Below are positions 38,825-48,723 of a stretch of DNA of 64,000 nt, one piece after another (position 1 is the first letter of the stretch; every line of letters begins with the position of its first letter). The translations under genes were made by a program, and so were the position numbers. The stretch is from positions 14,841 through 78,840 of the forward strand of contig JAUYMS010000026.1 of assembly GCA_030698625.1 (NCBI GenBank), written 5' to 3'. The notes under the pieces were generated by a model, which made no database searches, had not been told where the DNA came from, and saw only the letters and a program-made list of their open reading frames with translations. The stretch comes from Candidatus Omnitrophota bacterium. Its GTDB lineage: Bacteria; Omnitrophota; Omnitrophia; Omnitrophales; Aquincolibacteriaceae.

Positions 38825-40403
38825 GGAACCTCTTTTGGGGTTGATGTTCCGGCCTCAGAAGATCGTTAACAGTTTTGACCGGATTAAATGTATGAAGCGG
38901 AACCTCCAGGAATACCGTAATCCATTCGGCCATCGCTCCGTTCCAGAGCCCGGGAACTTCCAGGGATTTAAGCTCTTTTCCGTCTTTAGACTTTCGCGTG
39001 ATAAATCCCATCTGGGGATCTGTAAACTCCGCAAACCGGTAAGGGATACTGTTCCTGTCACGCAAGCCGCAAACCATATCTACAGGGTTAAAATGCGTCG
39101 CTTGCGACAACAGGCCCTTTTGAACCGGATTTTCTCTATCAATCTGCGCCTTCTCTACAATCTGAAGCGAGATTCCTTCTGTCCCTTGAATCCAGAAAGG
39201 TCCGCCTCCGGGCTCCCCCCGGTTCGGCACCATTGCGCATACCCGAATGGGCCGATTGAGGCTCCGTAGAAGGACAGCTATCTGTTCGCCCGTCTCCAGC
39301 CGGCTGAACGCCGTCTCATCGACCCTCACAATTTGCGGGCCGGCCATCCTGTGAATAGACTCTATTTGCTTTTCATCGGGATCGCTGTCTTCGAGCGTCT
39401 TAATCCATGAAAAGATTTGCTTCTGGAGGCGCACTAGATAACCGCCCAGGATCTTTTTGTATTTGTAAGTTTCTTCCTTCATGTGATCCGGAACAATGTT
39501 ATCGATATTTTTGATAAAGACGAGATCGGCTCTGAGTTCTTCCAGATTTTCCAACAGGGCCCCGTGCCCTGCCGGACGAAAGACGAGACTTCCCGATTTA
39601 TCCCGAAAGGGGCAATTCTTAAGATCGACCGCGATGGTGTCCGTTGAGCTCTTCTGAACCGAATAGGTAATCTCGAAGTGCGTTCCGCTTGTCTCATAGT
39701 CAGACAGCACGGACTGCAGGTATTCGCAGACTTGTTCCCGGTGCTCCTGGGCGACCGTGAAGTGAATCAGCACCTTCCCTTGAGCATCCCGAGCATGTTC
39801 ACGGCTCTCAACGAGATGCTCTTCAAAGGCCGTTCGCGCTCGCCCTGGATAGTCGTGAAAAAGGATTAGGCCCTTCGGGAGCAAAGCATAACCTAATCCG
39901 GCCTCGAATAAGACTCCCTCAAGCACGGGGAGGTATTCCCTTTCCGTTGTCAGGGTTTCGATATCCTGACCTTTGCGCTTTAGAGCTTCTTTGAGATGCT
40001 CAAAAAAGGCAAACTTGCGTAAGTTCTGCGCAAATTCGACGAATGCCTTTTCGTCATCATCCGCTGCTGCATTACCGTTGCCGGCAAGAAGTTTCAGGCG
40101 CTCGGCTCCATGTCCGTGCACAGCCAGCAACGACTTGAACATGCGGCTGGCGGCGCCGGAGGCCGGCACGAATTTCATGAATCGCCCCTCGGCCACAGCT
40201 TCATCGCTGAGCGCAGCAAGCTCGGCAACTTCGGCGTCCGGCACAAGCGTAATCCCGTCACCGAGAGTGCAGGGCCGCACGAGCTTCACAAACGGGAATC
40301 CCTTTCTCAAGGCCTCAATCTGTTCGAGCACGCGCTCGAGCGTCGAACCGCGCTCTGCAATCTGTTTCCGGTCGGGGGCAGTGAATGGGGATGTTTTTGG
40401 CAT
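38814..40403 (-). CDS. DUF4301 family protein (UDP-sugar pyrophosphorylase-like fold)
   Basis: KFVPASGAASRMFK, FRPAGHGALLENL, FIKNIDN, GEPGGGPFW, THFNPVD, TFNPVKTVNDLLRPEHQ; start at 40403. Confidence 0.88.
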   Translation of the reverse strand: MPKTSPFTAPDRKQIAERGSTLERVLEQIEALRKGFPFVKLVRPCTLGDGITLVPDAEVAELAALSDEAVAEGRFMKFVPASGAASRMFKSLLAVHGHGAERLKLLAGNGNAAADDDEKAFVEFAQNLRKFAFFEHLKEALKRKGQDIETLTTEREYLPVLEGVLFEAGLGYALLPKGLILFHDYPGRARTAFEEHLVESREHARDAQGKVLIHFTVAQEHREQVCEYLQSVLSDYETSGTHFEITYSVQKSSTDTIAVDLKNCPFRDKSGSLVFRPAGHGALLENLEELRADLVFIKNIDNIVPDHMKEETYKYKKILGGYLVRLQKQIFSWIKTLEDSDPDEKQIESIHRMAGPQIVRVDETAFSRLETGEQIAVLLRSLNRPIRVCAMVPNRGEPGGGPFWIQGTEGISLQIVEKAQIDRENPVQKGLLSQATHFNPVDMVCGLRDRNSIPYRFAEFTDPQMGFITRKSKDGKELKSLEVPGLWNGAMAEWITVFLEVPLHTFNPVKTVNDLLRPEHQPQKRFLDE

Positions 40404-40410
40404 CGTTGGA

Positions 40411-40806
40411 TTAAGAAATCTTACCTCGCGGGATCGGGCCTTCAGTCTCCAGGAGGCGCTTGATCGCTCCGAGGAGGTCCTCCGGCTCAAAGGGTTTACG
40501 AATATAGACATCGGCAACGGCTGAGTTTTCTCCCACTTTATCTCGCACAAAGGCGCTGAGCACAATGATCGGAATGTCCTTGAGTTTCTCGTCTTCACGC
40601 AAAAGACGGCAGAGCTGAAACCCGTTTATCTTGGGCATGTTGATATCGAGGATCGCGAGATCCGGCTTGTTGGACCGGCACTTCTCCAAGGCCTCCTCGC
40701 CGTCACCTGCCGTGATCACCTCATAGCCATTCTTTTTTAGACGATTCTTCACAAGAATGACGATGGTGCGCTCATCATCTACGAATAAGATCTTATTTTT
40801 CGCCAA
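40411..40806 (-). CDS. single-domain response regulator
   Basis: ILFVDDE, PDLAILDINMPKING, LSA, IRKPF; TTG start. Confidence 0.9.
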   Translation of the reverse strand: MAKNKILFVDDERTIVILVKNRLKKNGYEVITAGDGEEALEKCRSNKPDLAILDINMPKINGFQLCRLLREDEKLKDIPIIVLSAFVRDKVGENSAVADVYIRKPFEPEDLLGAIKRLLETEGPIPRGKIS

Positions 40807-40919
40807 AGTTACGCCTCTCTGTAGGCGCTAGAAAATGGTTGCGACAGGGCCTTTCATGAAGTAAAGTTATAGCAAAGCTGAGCCAATCTTCCAACTGCAA
40901 AACGAAACGGAGCAAACGC

Positions 40920-41399
40920 TTGAGTCTAAGCAATATGAAAGCCAAAGACTTGATGAGCAAATCTGCCATTGTGGTCCCCCTTGACATGTTGATCACTGAT
41001 CTCGCGAAGCTCCTGCGAGAGAAGCGTATCGGCGGCGTTCCCGTTATGAACGAAAAGGAAAAGATCTGCGGGGTCGTCACTGTCACCGATCTGTTCCGGG
41101 TCATGGATATCATGAGAAAAGTCGGAAAGCGTCGCAAGAATTGGTTCTTCAATTTCATGTCCAGCAAAAAGACCATGCTCGTCAAGGATATTTACACCCG
41201 CCGCCTCATCAGCGTTGTCCCGGAAACAAGCGTCGAGGACGTAGTCAACCTCATGATTGACCGCAAGATCCATACAATCCCGGTAATGAACAAGGAGCAG
41301 ACCGAGCTATACGGAGTCATCGGACGCCACGACGTTACCGCCGCCGCATTAGGCATCACACGCGCCGCCCAAAAAGAATTCGCTTCCAGGCACCACTAA
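40920..41399 (+). CDS. CBS-pair domain protein
   Basis: Two CBS repeats (IGGVPVM...GVVTVTDL; IHTIPVM...GVIGRHDV). Confidence 0.88.
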   Translation: MSLSNMKAKDLMSKSAIVVPLDMLITDLAKLLREKRIGGVPVMNEKEKICGVVTVTDLFRVMDIMRKVGKRRKNWFFNFMSSKKTMLVKDIYTRRLISVVPETSVEDVVNLMIDRKIHTIPVMNKEQTELYGVIGRHDVTAAALGITRAAQKEFASRHH

Positions 41400-41406
41400 A
41401 AAAAGT

Positions 41407-43173
41407 CTACTTTTTCCGCTTAAAATGTTTCTCTAATTCCGAGAAGGTCTGATTAAACAATGTGGGTCTGCCATGGGGACAGCTGAACGGGTTGTCACAG
41501 GCCGCCAGACGTTCAAGTAAAGCCCGCACTGCATCCGGCATCAGGGGATCATGTGCCTTGACCGATCGTCTCTTGCAGGCGATAAGCGCCACGATATCCT
41601 CCGCACGGTTTTCGAGCTGAGTCCGAACCTTTCCTTCTTCTCTTTCCTCAATGTAAGTTTTAAGAAACGAAACGGGGTCACGAACGTCTAGGGCCGCCGG
41701 ATAAGATCGGATGACAAAAGCATTTACGCCAAAGGGCTCAATCTGAAAACCGATACGGATCAAGAGCGGAATGGCGTCCTTGAAAATTTCAACCTGCCTT
41801 GGGTGCAGCTCCAACACTTCCTCCATGAGCAGGTTCTGCCTAGCCCCTTCGCCGCTCTCAAAATTCTTAAGCAACGCTTCAAACATCACCCTTTCATGTG
41901 CCGCATGCTGATCGACCAGCATGAAACCCTCTTCGGTTTCGGCTACGATAAAGGTATTGTGAATCTGTCCGAGGACTTTCGTGATACGGAGTTTGTCGCG
42001 AAAACGAATAGGCGTCTCGAGGGCCGTCTCTGTCTCGACGAGTTTGAAAGCCGGGGCATCAGCCAATTCAGGCAACTCCCGGTCTAGTCGGCGCGACTGA
42101 GCATAACTTGTTTGCGAGGGTGGACCGAAAACAGCGCGGGCCGTCGAGGATCCCGCCGCAGGCGTGAGACTAGGGCTCAGATCCCCCGCCCTTTCCAGGC
42201 ACTGGGTTACAGCCTTCTTGATAAAAGACTTGATTTCCGCCTCGTTAGATATCCGAACCTCCTGCTTTGTTGGATGCACATTGACATCGACCCGAGCCAG
42301 ATCCACATCCACAAACAACACGGCCGTGGGGAATTGCCCATGCATGAGAAGTCCATGATAACCTGCCTGCAGAGCGTAACCGAATGAAAAGGATTTAACC
42401 CAGCGCCCATTGACGAAGAAAAGCTCAGAGGAGCGATTTGCTTTGTGCAGGATCGGCTTTCCGATAATGCCATGGATATGAATTCCATTGGTCTGGTCAT
42501 CAATCTCCAAGAGGTTCTTGGCGATCTCTTTACCCATCATCTCGGAAGCGCGGTACAAAAGTCCCTGTCCCGGAGCTAAATCAAATATCCTCTTGCCCGA
42601 CGACCGGAACGCCAAGTGGATGCTAGGGCGAGAGTAACCAAAGTGTGTCGCGGTATCCATGATATGTCCCATCTCCGTCGAATCTGCCCTAAGGAATTTT
42701 CGCCGGGCCGGGGTATTAAAGAAGAGGTCGCGAACCTCCACGATCGTTCCCTCACGGCAGGGGCTCTGCTTGGCTCCGGTGAACTTACCGCCTTCGATGG
42801 TAATTTCCGTACCGACAGACTCCCCTTGCAGTCTCGTCTGCATCTTCACCCTTGAGACTGCCGCAATGCTGGAGAGAGCTTCACCTCGGAACCCAAGTGA
42901 GGCAAGGGTCTCAAGGTCACTGGCCTCTTTGATTTTGCTTGTCGCATGACGCTTGAACGCCAGTTCGGCGTCACTTGCCGACATCCCCTTGCCGTTGTCA
43001 GCGATACGAATCAGACTCTTACCGCCATTCTTGACTTCAATCTCTACCGAGTTTGCCCCTGCATCCAGTGAGTTCTCAACGAGTTCCTTGACGATAGAAC
43101 TCGGACGTTCAATGACCTCCCCGGCGGCAATTTTGTTTACGACCTCTTCGGAGAGCACATGGATTATTGACAT
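41407..43173 (-). CDS. mutL: DNA mismatch repair protein MutL (endonuclease motifs present)
   Basis: IAAGEVIERP, GFRGEAL, DQHAAHER, ACK, CPHGRP. Confidence 0.97.
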   Translation of the reverse strand: MSIIHVLSEEVVNKIAAGEVIERPSSIVKELVENSLDAGANSVEIEVKNGGKSLIRIADNGKGMSASDAELAFKRHATSKIKEASDLETLASLGFRGEALSSIAAVSRVKMQTRLQGESVGTEITIEGGKFTGAKQSPCREGTIVEVRDLFFNTPARRKFLRADSTEMGHIMDTATHFGYSRPSIHLAFRSSGKRIFDLAPGQGLLYRASEMMGKEIAKNLLEIDDQTNGIHIHGIIGKPILHKANRSSELFFVNGRWVKSFSFGYALQAGYHGLLMHGQFPTAVLFVDVDLARVDVNVHPTKQEVRISNEAEIKSFIKKAVTQCLERAGDLSPSLTPAAGSSTARAVFGPPSQTSYAQSRRLDRELPELADAPAFKLVETETALETPIRFRDKLRITKVLGQIHNTFIVAETEEGFMLVDQHAAHERVMFEALLKNFESGEGARQNLLMEEVLELHPRQVEIFKDAIPLLIRIGFQIEPFGVNAFVIRSYPAALDVRDPVSFLKTYIEEREEGKVRTQLENRAEDIVALIACKRRSVKAHDPLMPDAVRALLERLAACDNPFSCPHGRPTLFNQTFSELEKHFKRKK

Positions 43174-45803
43174 TTCAAACGCCCTTTCAGCTCGGCAAGT
43201 TTATTGAGTGCCTCAAGCGGGCTCAAGCCGTCGATCGCTAAATTCCGGATCTCTTCGATAATGGGGTGACTTTCAGAGGCCCAATCGAACAGAGACCGCT
43301 GTTGCTCATCCGCTTTGCTTTGCTTCTTTTCCTTTTTTCCCTCGATAATCTGAGTCGCTTCGGTACTTTCACTCTCGAGCACGGCGAGAATCTTCTTAGC
43401 CCGAGCCGTGACATTCTCCGGGATGCCGGCTAAGCAAGCGACATGAATCCCGTAACTACGATCCGATCCGCCGCGCACGACCTTGCGCAAAAAGACAATG
43501 CCTTCCGGCGTTTCGCGTACGGTTATATTGTAATTTTTGATTCCGGGAAAATGCGTCTCCAGTTGCGTCAACTCATGGTAATGCGTCGCAAACAACGTCC
43601 GCGGCTTTACCGAACCCTGCGCGAGATGCTCACAAATGGCCCAGGCAATGCTCACTCCGTCAAATGTCGATGTCCCACGCCCGACCTCGTCCAGGATCAA
43701 AAGGCTCCGGTTGGTTGCTTTCTGCAGGATATTAGCCGTCTCCACCATTTCGACCATGAAGGTACTCTCGCCTCGCGCGAGATCATCACTCGCTCCGATA
43801 CGCGTGAAGATCCGATCGACAAGCCCAATGCGGGCTGACTTTGCCGGAATATAAGAACCGATCTGAGCGAGCAGGACAAGCAGACCCGTCTGCCGGATAT
43901 AGGTTGATTTGCCGGCCATGTTCGGCCCCGTGAGCACGATCAGCTGATTGTCAGCGTCATCGAGATAGGTATCATTCTCCACAAACTGGCCCGCCGGAAG
44001 CATGGCCTCCACGACAGGATGACGTCCGCCCTCAATGATCAATTCTCCCGTCTCGACCAGAGTAGGGACCACCCAATTCTTCTGGGAAGCGGTCACCGCC
44101 AGAGAACAAAGGGCATCCAGAACCCCGACTGCCTTACTCATCGCCTGGAGCGAAGAAAGCTCTTCCAAGATCTTCTCGCGAATCTCATTAAAGAGTTTGT
44201 ATTCGAGGGCCTTGATCTTGTCTTGCGCCCCCGTAATCTTCTCATCCCAACTCTTGAGCTCGGGCACCACGAAACGCTCCGCATTGGCCAACGTCTGTCT
44301 CCGGGTATAATCTTCCGGCACGAGATTCAGACTGCCCTTACTGACTTCAAGGGTGTAGCCAAATACCTGCGAATATTTGATCCTCAGATTCTTGATGCCG
44401 GTCCGTGCACTTTCCCTCTGCTGAAACTCGAGAATCCAGGATTTCCCCTTCTTTGAAATCTCGCGTAACTCGTCCAGATCATCGCAGTATCTGTCCCGAA
44501 TCAATCCGCCGTCTTTCAGAGATAGCGGCGGCGTCTCGACGACGGCCTCTTTGATGAGCTGCCTCAGATTCGGGAAGGGAATCATGGTGCCCAGGATATC
44601 TTTGAGCGCCGGAACACGTGACTTCCCGAGCAAAGACTGAATCTCCGGCACACGCTCGAGAAACACCTTCAAATTTACAAGGTCCCGAGCATTCGCCACT
44701 CCGTAATTGAGACGGCTCAGCGTGCGTTCCATGTCTTTAACGCCCTGAAACAGGCTTCTGAGAGCGTGTGTCCGTTGGACGTCCTTGACCAACTCCGAGA
44801 CGGCCGTCTGACGCCGTTCTATAGTCTCCAAGGCAAGCAATGGATGAGTCACCCAATGATAGAGCGTACGAGCACCCATCGAGGTCAAGGACTGGTCGAT
44901 GCTCGCCAGCAACGTCCCTGCCCCCTTCTTATCCTGCAGGGTCGTCACTAACTCGAGACTCTTTTGAGCGGAGCGGTCCAGAATCATAAACTCATCCGCT
45001 TCCAGGAAGGAGGGCATCTGAATATGATTGATAGCAGCGTGGAAGTGATCACGCAGATAATAGAGAACTGCGCCTGCGGCACCGACGGCGAGGGGACGAT
45101 CCGAAAAGCCGACGGCCTTTTCCGAGGCAAGCTGAAAATTCGACTTCAGGAGCTGTAGCCCTTCGGCAGCCTCAAAGATCCAATCCTCATAGACTGTCAT
45201 GCTTACGTTGAGGCTTTCCCGGAAAAAAGTCATGAGCGATTCGTCTTCCGAAAGGCTCCTTGCACAGATGATCTCCCGCGGCGCTAGTAGCGTGAGTTCG
45301 CTGGTCAACCTTTCGCGACCGACTTCGCGTACAAAGAACTCACCCGTACTTAGTTCCAGGACGGCAAGGGCAGCGGCCTCCTTCTGACAGACCACAGAAA
45401 TCATATAATCGGGATTCTTACCCCGAGTCTCATCTTCAAGATAAGTAGCGGGAGAGACAATACGCGTAATCTTACGCTCGACGAGGCCCTTAGAGGCCTT
45501 CGGATCACCGACCTGCTCGCAGATAGCCACTTTGAGGTTACGGTCCAACAAGGTCCCGACATAGCCCTGGAAGGCGTGATAAGGGATGCCGCACATGGGA
45601 ACGCGCCCGGCGGAGCCGCCTTCGCGTCCAGTTAAAGTAATATTGAGTATTTCAGAGGCGCGGACGGCGTCTTCAAAAAACATCTCATAGAAGTCGCCCA
45701 ATCGAAAAAACAGAACGGTGTCGGCGGCTAAAGTCTTTTTGATGGACTGGTACTGCTCCATCATCGGGGTGAGTTTGGGGTCTTCGATCGTCTTTTGACT
45801 CAT
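43164..45803 (-). CDS. mutS: DNA mismatch repair protein MutS
   Basis: TPMMEQY, GDFYEMF, TGPNMAGKST, DEVGRGTST, SYGIHVA. Confidence 0.97.
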   Translation of the reverse strand: MSQKTIEDPKLTPMMEQYQSIKKTLAADTVLFFRLGDFYEMFFEDAVRASEILNITLTGREGGSAGRVPMCGIPYHAFQGYVGTLLDRNLKVAICEQVGDPKASKGLVERKITRIVSPATYLEDETRGKNPDYMISVVCQKEAAALAVLELSTGEFFVREVGRERLTSELTLLAPREIICARSLSEDESLMTFFRESLNVSMTVYEDWIFEAAEGLQLLKSNFQLASEKAVGFSDRPLAVGAAGAVLYYLRDHFHAAINHIQMPSFLEADEFMILDRSAQKSLELVTTLQDKKGAGTLLASIDQSLTSMGARTLYHWVTHPLLALETIERRQTAVSELVKDVQRTHALRSLFQGVKDMERTLSRLNYGVANARDLVNLKVFLERVPEIQSLLGKSRVPALKDILGTMIPFPNLRQLIKEAVVETPPLSLKDGGLIRDRYCDDLDELREISKKGKSWILEFQQRESARTGIKNLRIKYSQVFGYTLEVSKGSLNLVPEDYTRRQTLANAERFVVPELKSWDEKITGAQDKIKALEYKLFNEIREKILEELSSLQAMSKAVGVLDALCSLAVTASQKNWVVPTLVETGELIIEGGRHPVVEAMLPAGQFVENDTYLDDADNQLIVLTGPNMAGKSTYIRQTGLLVLLAQIGSYIPAKSARIGLVDRIFTRIGASDDLARGESTFMVEMVETANILQKATNRSLLILDEVGRGTSTFDGVSIAWAICEHLAQGSVKPRTLFATHYHELTQLETHFPGIKNYNITVRETPEGIVFLRKVVRGGSDRSYGIHVACLAGIPENVTARAKKILAVLESESTEATQIIEGKKEKKQSKADEQQRSLFDWASESHPIIEEIRNLAIDGLSPLEALNKLAELKGRLKCQ

Positions 45804-45834
45804 TCGGGAAGCAAAATGTAGGCCTTTTTTTCTT

Positions 45835-45843
45835 ATTATAGCA
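45835..45843 (-). promoter_or_regulatory. extended -10 promoter for mutS-mutL
   Basis: Perfect TGcTATAAT, 31 nt upstream of the mutS ATG. Confidence 0.6.
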
Positions 45844-45889
45844 AATTTGCTTCTATTGGCAAGCCTTCGGCTAGTCGATCATTGGAATA

Positions 45890-46246
45890 GTGAAGAAAAT
45901 TCCTTTCATATTTCTCATCCTCGTCCTTAGCAGTGGCCCAGTCTACGCCGGAAGATCCATCCCCTACCGCCAAGCCTCGAGTCCCTACTTTCGGGAGACA
46001 GCGGCCTACTGGACATCCACCAAGCCGGGCTACGCACAGAGGGCCGCGGCCGGCGTCCAGCACGGATTCAAGAATATGCTCCTCGGCTGGACAAATATCT
46101 TTACGGAACCGATGATTCAGCAGGCACGGGGTGAGAACGTCTTGATCGGTGCAGCCAACGGCATTCGAAAAGCTGTGGTAAGTACGGTAGGCGGTGCGGT
46201 TGAGGGCATCTCGGCACCTTTCGTCGCGGCCATCACCGACAACTAA
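45890..46246 (+). CDS. exported glycine-rich helical protein (TIGR04073-like)
   Basis: Signal peptide; HGFKNMLLGWTNIFTEP...GGAVEGISAPF resembles the exosortase-associated TIGR04073 pattern. Confidence 0.55.
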   Translation: MKKIPFIFLILVLSSGPVYAGRSIPYRQASSPYFRETAAYWTSTKPGYAQRAAAGVQHGFKNMLLGWTNIFTEPMIQQARGENVLIGAANGIRKAVVSTVGGAVEGISAPFVAAITDN

Positions 46247-47214
46247 GACGTCCTTTTCTTACGCTTCCTCACAACCGGCGGGACGGGTTTGCGGCAAGCG
46301 AGACACTCTACGAGGAGTTCCGGCAACGGCTCCTGGCAATGGGGACACAACCGGTACCCATCTGCCACGACTTTTCTTCTCTCCTGCGTCAATGAAGCCA
46401 TCTCTATCCCGATCACCATGACAAAGACACTCGTGAGAAATATCGGAATCACCTTAAAACGAGACAGGCCGTATGGCAGTCCGAAGGCCAAGTCCAGGAT
46501 CCATACACCGTAGGCGACCCAAACGGCAAGATAAAGAACGGCCAGGGAACCGCCGAGGGACCGCGGCAATTCAACACCCAGAAGCCACGAAACCCCAAAC
46601 AGTGCGAGGCCCCCAAAGAGCACGGCGATGAAGGCGACGTTCATCCTCTTGTCTTCGGAGCCTGGATTCATGACATACCGCATAAGTTCTTCGAGATGGA
46701 CGCGAAAATGAATTTTTTCTTCCCGTCCCTCGAAGGTCACCCCGCGGGACTCCAAAACCTGATAGACGATACGCCGAACCTGATGATACTCCGCCCATTT
46801 CAAAAACGTCTTCTCAAAATCCGTAAAGGTTCGGCTCTCCAGAAGAAACTCCTCAAAATAGTGGTTGGCCGCCTCAGGATCACCCCGCGCACTCTTGACG
46901 ACCGCCTGCAGCAGGATGGCAAAACTATTACCGCCATAATCGCGGCGGGCCGCATCCAGAAGCCCCCAGATTTCCGCCTCTGAGCCTCCGGTGGCCATGG
47001 CCATCGTCGCACGTGACGTATTTGCGAGGGAATCATTCAGGCCTTTGAGTTTGAGCGGCCTAGCAGCGGCCACTTTCTGCAATCGCTCAGAAGCGCGCTT
47101 GATCAACTCCGAGAACTGTCCGCCATAATCAATGGCAGGCTCCTGCCCCATCTCAATATTCGCTGTGGCAATCCACAACGGAGCAAGCAGGATCAGCCAA
47201 TAAGAATTTCTCAT
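46243..47214 (-). CDS. membrane protein: signal peptide, helical TPR-like domain, 3 TM, C-terminal zinc ribbon
   Basis: CPHC-x10-CLAC near the C-terminus; ATG at 47214 with a GGAG RBS, immediately after oppF. Confidence 0.7.
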   Translation of the reverse strand: MRNSYWLILLAPLWIATANIEMGQEPAIDYGGQFSELIKRASERLQKVAAARPLKLKGLNDSLANTSRATMAMATGGSEAEIWGLLDAARRDYGGNSFAILLQAVVKSARGDPEAANHYFEEFLLESRTFTDFEKTFLKWAEYHQVRRIVYQVLESRGVTFEGREEKIHFRVHLEELMRYVMNPGSEDKRMNVAFIAVLFGGLALFGVSWLLGVELPRSLGGSLAVLYLAVWVAYGVWILDLAFGLPYGLSRFKVIPIFLTSVFVMVIGIEMASLTQERRKVVADGYRLCPHCQEPLPELLVECLACRKPVPPVVRKRKKRTS

Positions 47215-47215
47215 C

Positions 47216-48007
47216 TCAATCTCCCGGCGGCCACTTCGGAACCGCATCGATAAGGCATCTCGTATAAGCCTGTTCGGGTTTGGTAATCACCTGTAATCTC
47301 GTACCACACTCTACAATTTTACCGGCTCTAAAAACAACCACCTCGTCGACAAGGCTACTCACCAGAGCAATGTCGTGAGTGATGAGGGCCATACCGCCGG
47401 CGAGCTGGGGGCGAAGCTCCCTGAGAAGTTCCACGATCTGCGCCTGCACCGACACATCAAGTTGAGAAGTCGGTTCATCAAGAATCAAATAATCAGGCTT
47501 CATCGCAAGTGCCCTGGCAATGGCCACGCGTTGTCTTTCTCCCCCGCTAAGTTCGCTCGCGCCCCGTTTGAGATAATCGGCTTTAAGCTGCACATTATTC
47601 AGGGCTTCTTCCACACGCTTACGCCGCTCATGTCTCGGCAGGTTCCGTACGCCTTCCTCCATGATCGCATCAACCTTCCAGCGTGGGTCCAGAGACATAT
47701 ACGGGTTTTGAAAGACCATCTGCACCCGGCTCCGGAATTCGCTTTCGTTTCGCCGCAGCCAATCACCAAGCATCCTCTGACCGTAGTAGATTGTTCCTTT
47801 ATCCGCAACGATCAGCCCGACCATTAATCGCGCCAAAGTGGTTTTGCCGGATCCGCTTTCGCCGACGATCCCGCAGAAGGATCCCCGCCGAAGAGAAAGC
47901 GTCACATCATCGAGCGCATGAAAGGACTGTCCGCGCGAGAAAATACCCTGTCTGACGTTGTATGTTTTGAACACGCCTTCAAACCGAAAGAGGTCTTCGC
48001 TCTTCAT
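47216..48007 (-). CDS. Opp/Dpp ABC transporter ATP-binding subunit (OppF-like)
   Basis: GESGSGKTT, LSGGERQR, LDEPTSQLD. Confidence 0.92.
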   Translation of the reverse strand: MKSEDLFRFEGVFKTYNVRQGIFSRGQSFHALDDVTLSLRRGSFCGIVGESGSGKTTLARLMVGLIVADKGTIYYGQRMLGDWLRRNESEFRSRVQMVFQNPYMSLDPRWKVDAIMEEGVRNLPRHERRKRVEEALNNVQLKADYLKRGASELSGGERQRVAIARALAMKPDYLILDEPTSQLDVSVQAQIVELLRELRPQLAGGMALITHDIALVSSLVDEVVVFRAGKIVECGTRLQVITKPEQAYTRCLIDAVPKWPPGD

Positions 48008-48723
48008 CGTTTCATGACCGGCACAGAATTAATCAGCATTCGAGTGTAATCCGTTTTAGGATTTCTCAGGACTTCGGCGGGCGAACCCAGCTCCAGGATG
48101 CGGCCATGCTGCATCACGGCCAACCGTGTCGCACGCCCCGCAGCCAATGCCAAATCGTGCGTGATAAAAACAAAGGTCACGCCCTGGCCGTGAATTTCCC
48201 AGAACAGGTTCATAACATCCGCCTGCAGGGTAACATCCAGCGACGATGTGGGCTCATCGGCAACGATGAGCTGAGGCCGCCGCAAAAGCGCCATCGCAAT
48301 CACCAGCCGCTGCCTCATGCCTCCGCTCAGTTCGTGCGGATAGCTCTTAAGGCTGATTTTCTCCAGCGGCAGATGGACTCGTTTCAGGGCTTCTTCGATC
48401 GCAGCCCGGTTTGAGGTGAGCTCGCGCATCTGGGATCCGATCGAAAACAAGGGGTCAAGCGCAGCAAGCGGGTCCTGAGGAATGTAAGACATCTCCGCCA
48501 CGGGAATGCGGCGAATGGTTTCCCCGGCCAGCAACACACCATTTTTGAATCGCAGAAGATCCAGCATCTCATAGCCAAGGGTACTCTTGCCCGCCCCCGA
48601 CTCGCCGATGATCCCGAGAAATTCCCCGGTCTGAATCTCGAGGTCAACGGGCCCGACTACTTTTTCGGTAGTTCCTCGCTGCCGATAAGCCAGTTCCAGG
48701 GCTTTCATTTCAAGCAACGACAT
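48004..48723 (-). CDS. Opp/Dpp ABC transporter ATP-binding subunit (OppD-like)
   Basis: GESGAGKST, YPHELSGGMRQR, ADEPT. Confidence 0.92.
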   Translation of the reverse strand: MSLLEMKALELAYRQRGTTEKVVGPVDLEIQTGEFLGIIGESGAGKSTLGYEMLDLLRFKNGVLLAGETIRRIPVAEMSYIPQDPLAALDPLFSIGSQMRELTSNRAAIEEALKRVHLPLEKISLKSYPHELSGGMRQRLVIAMALLRRPQLIVADEPTSSLDVTLQADVMNLFWEIHGQGVTFVFITHDLALAAGRATRLAVMQHGRILELGSPAEVLRNPKTDYTRMLINSVPVMKR

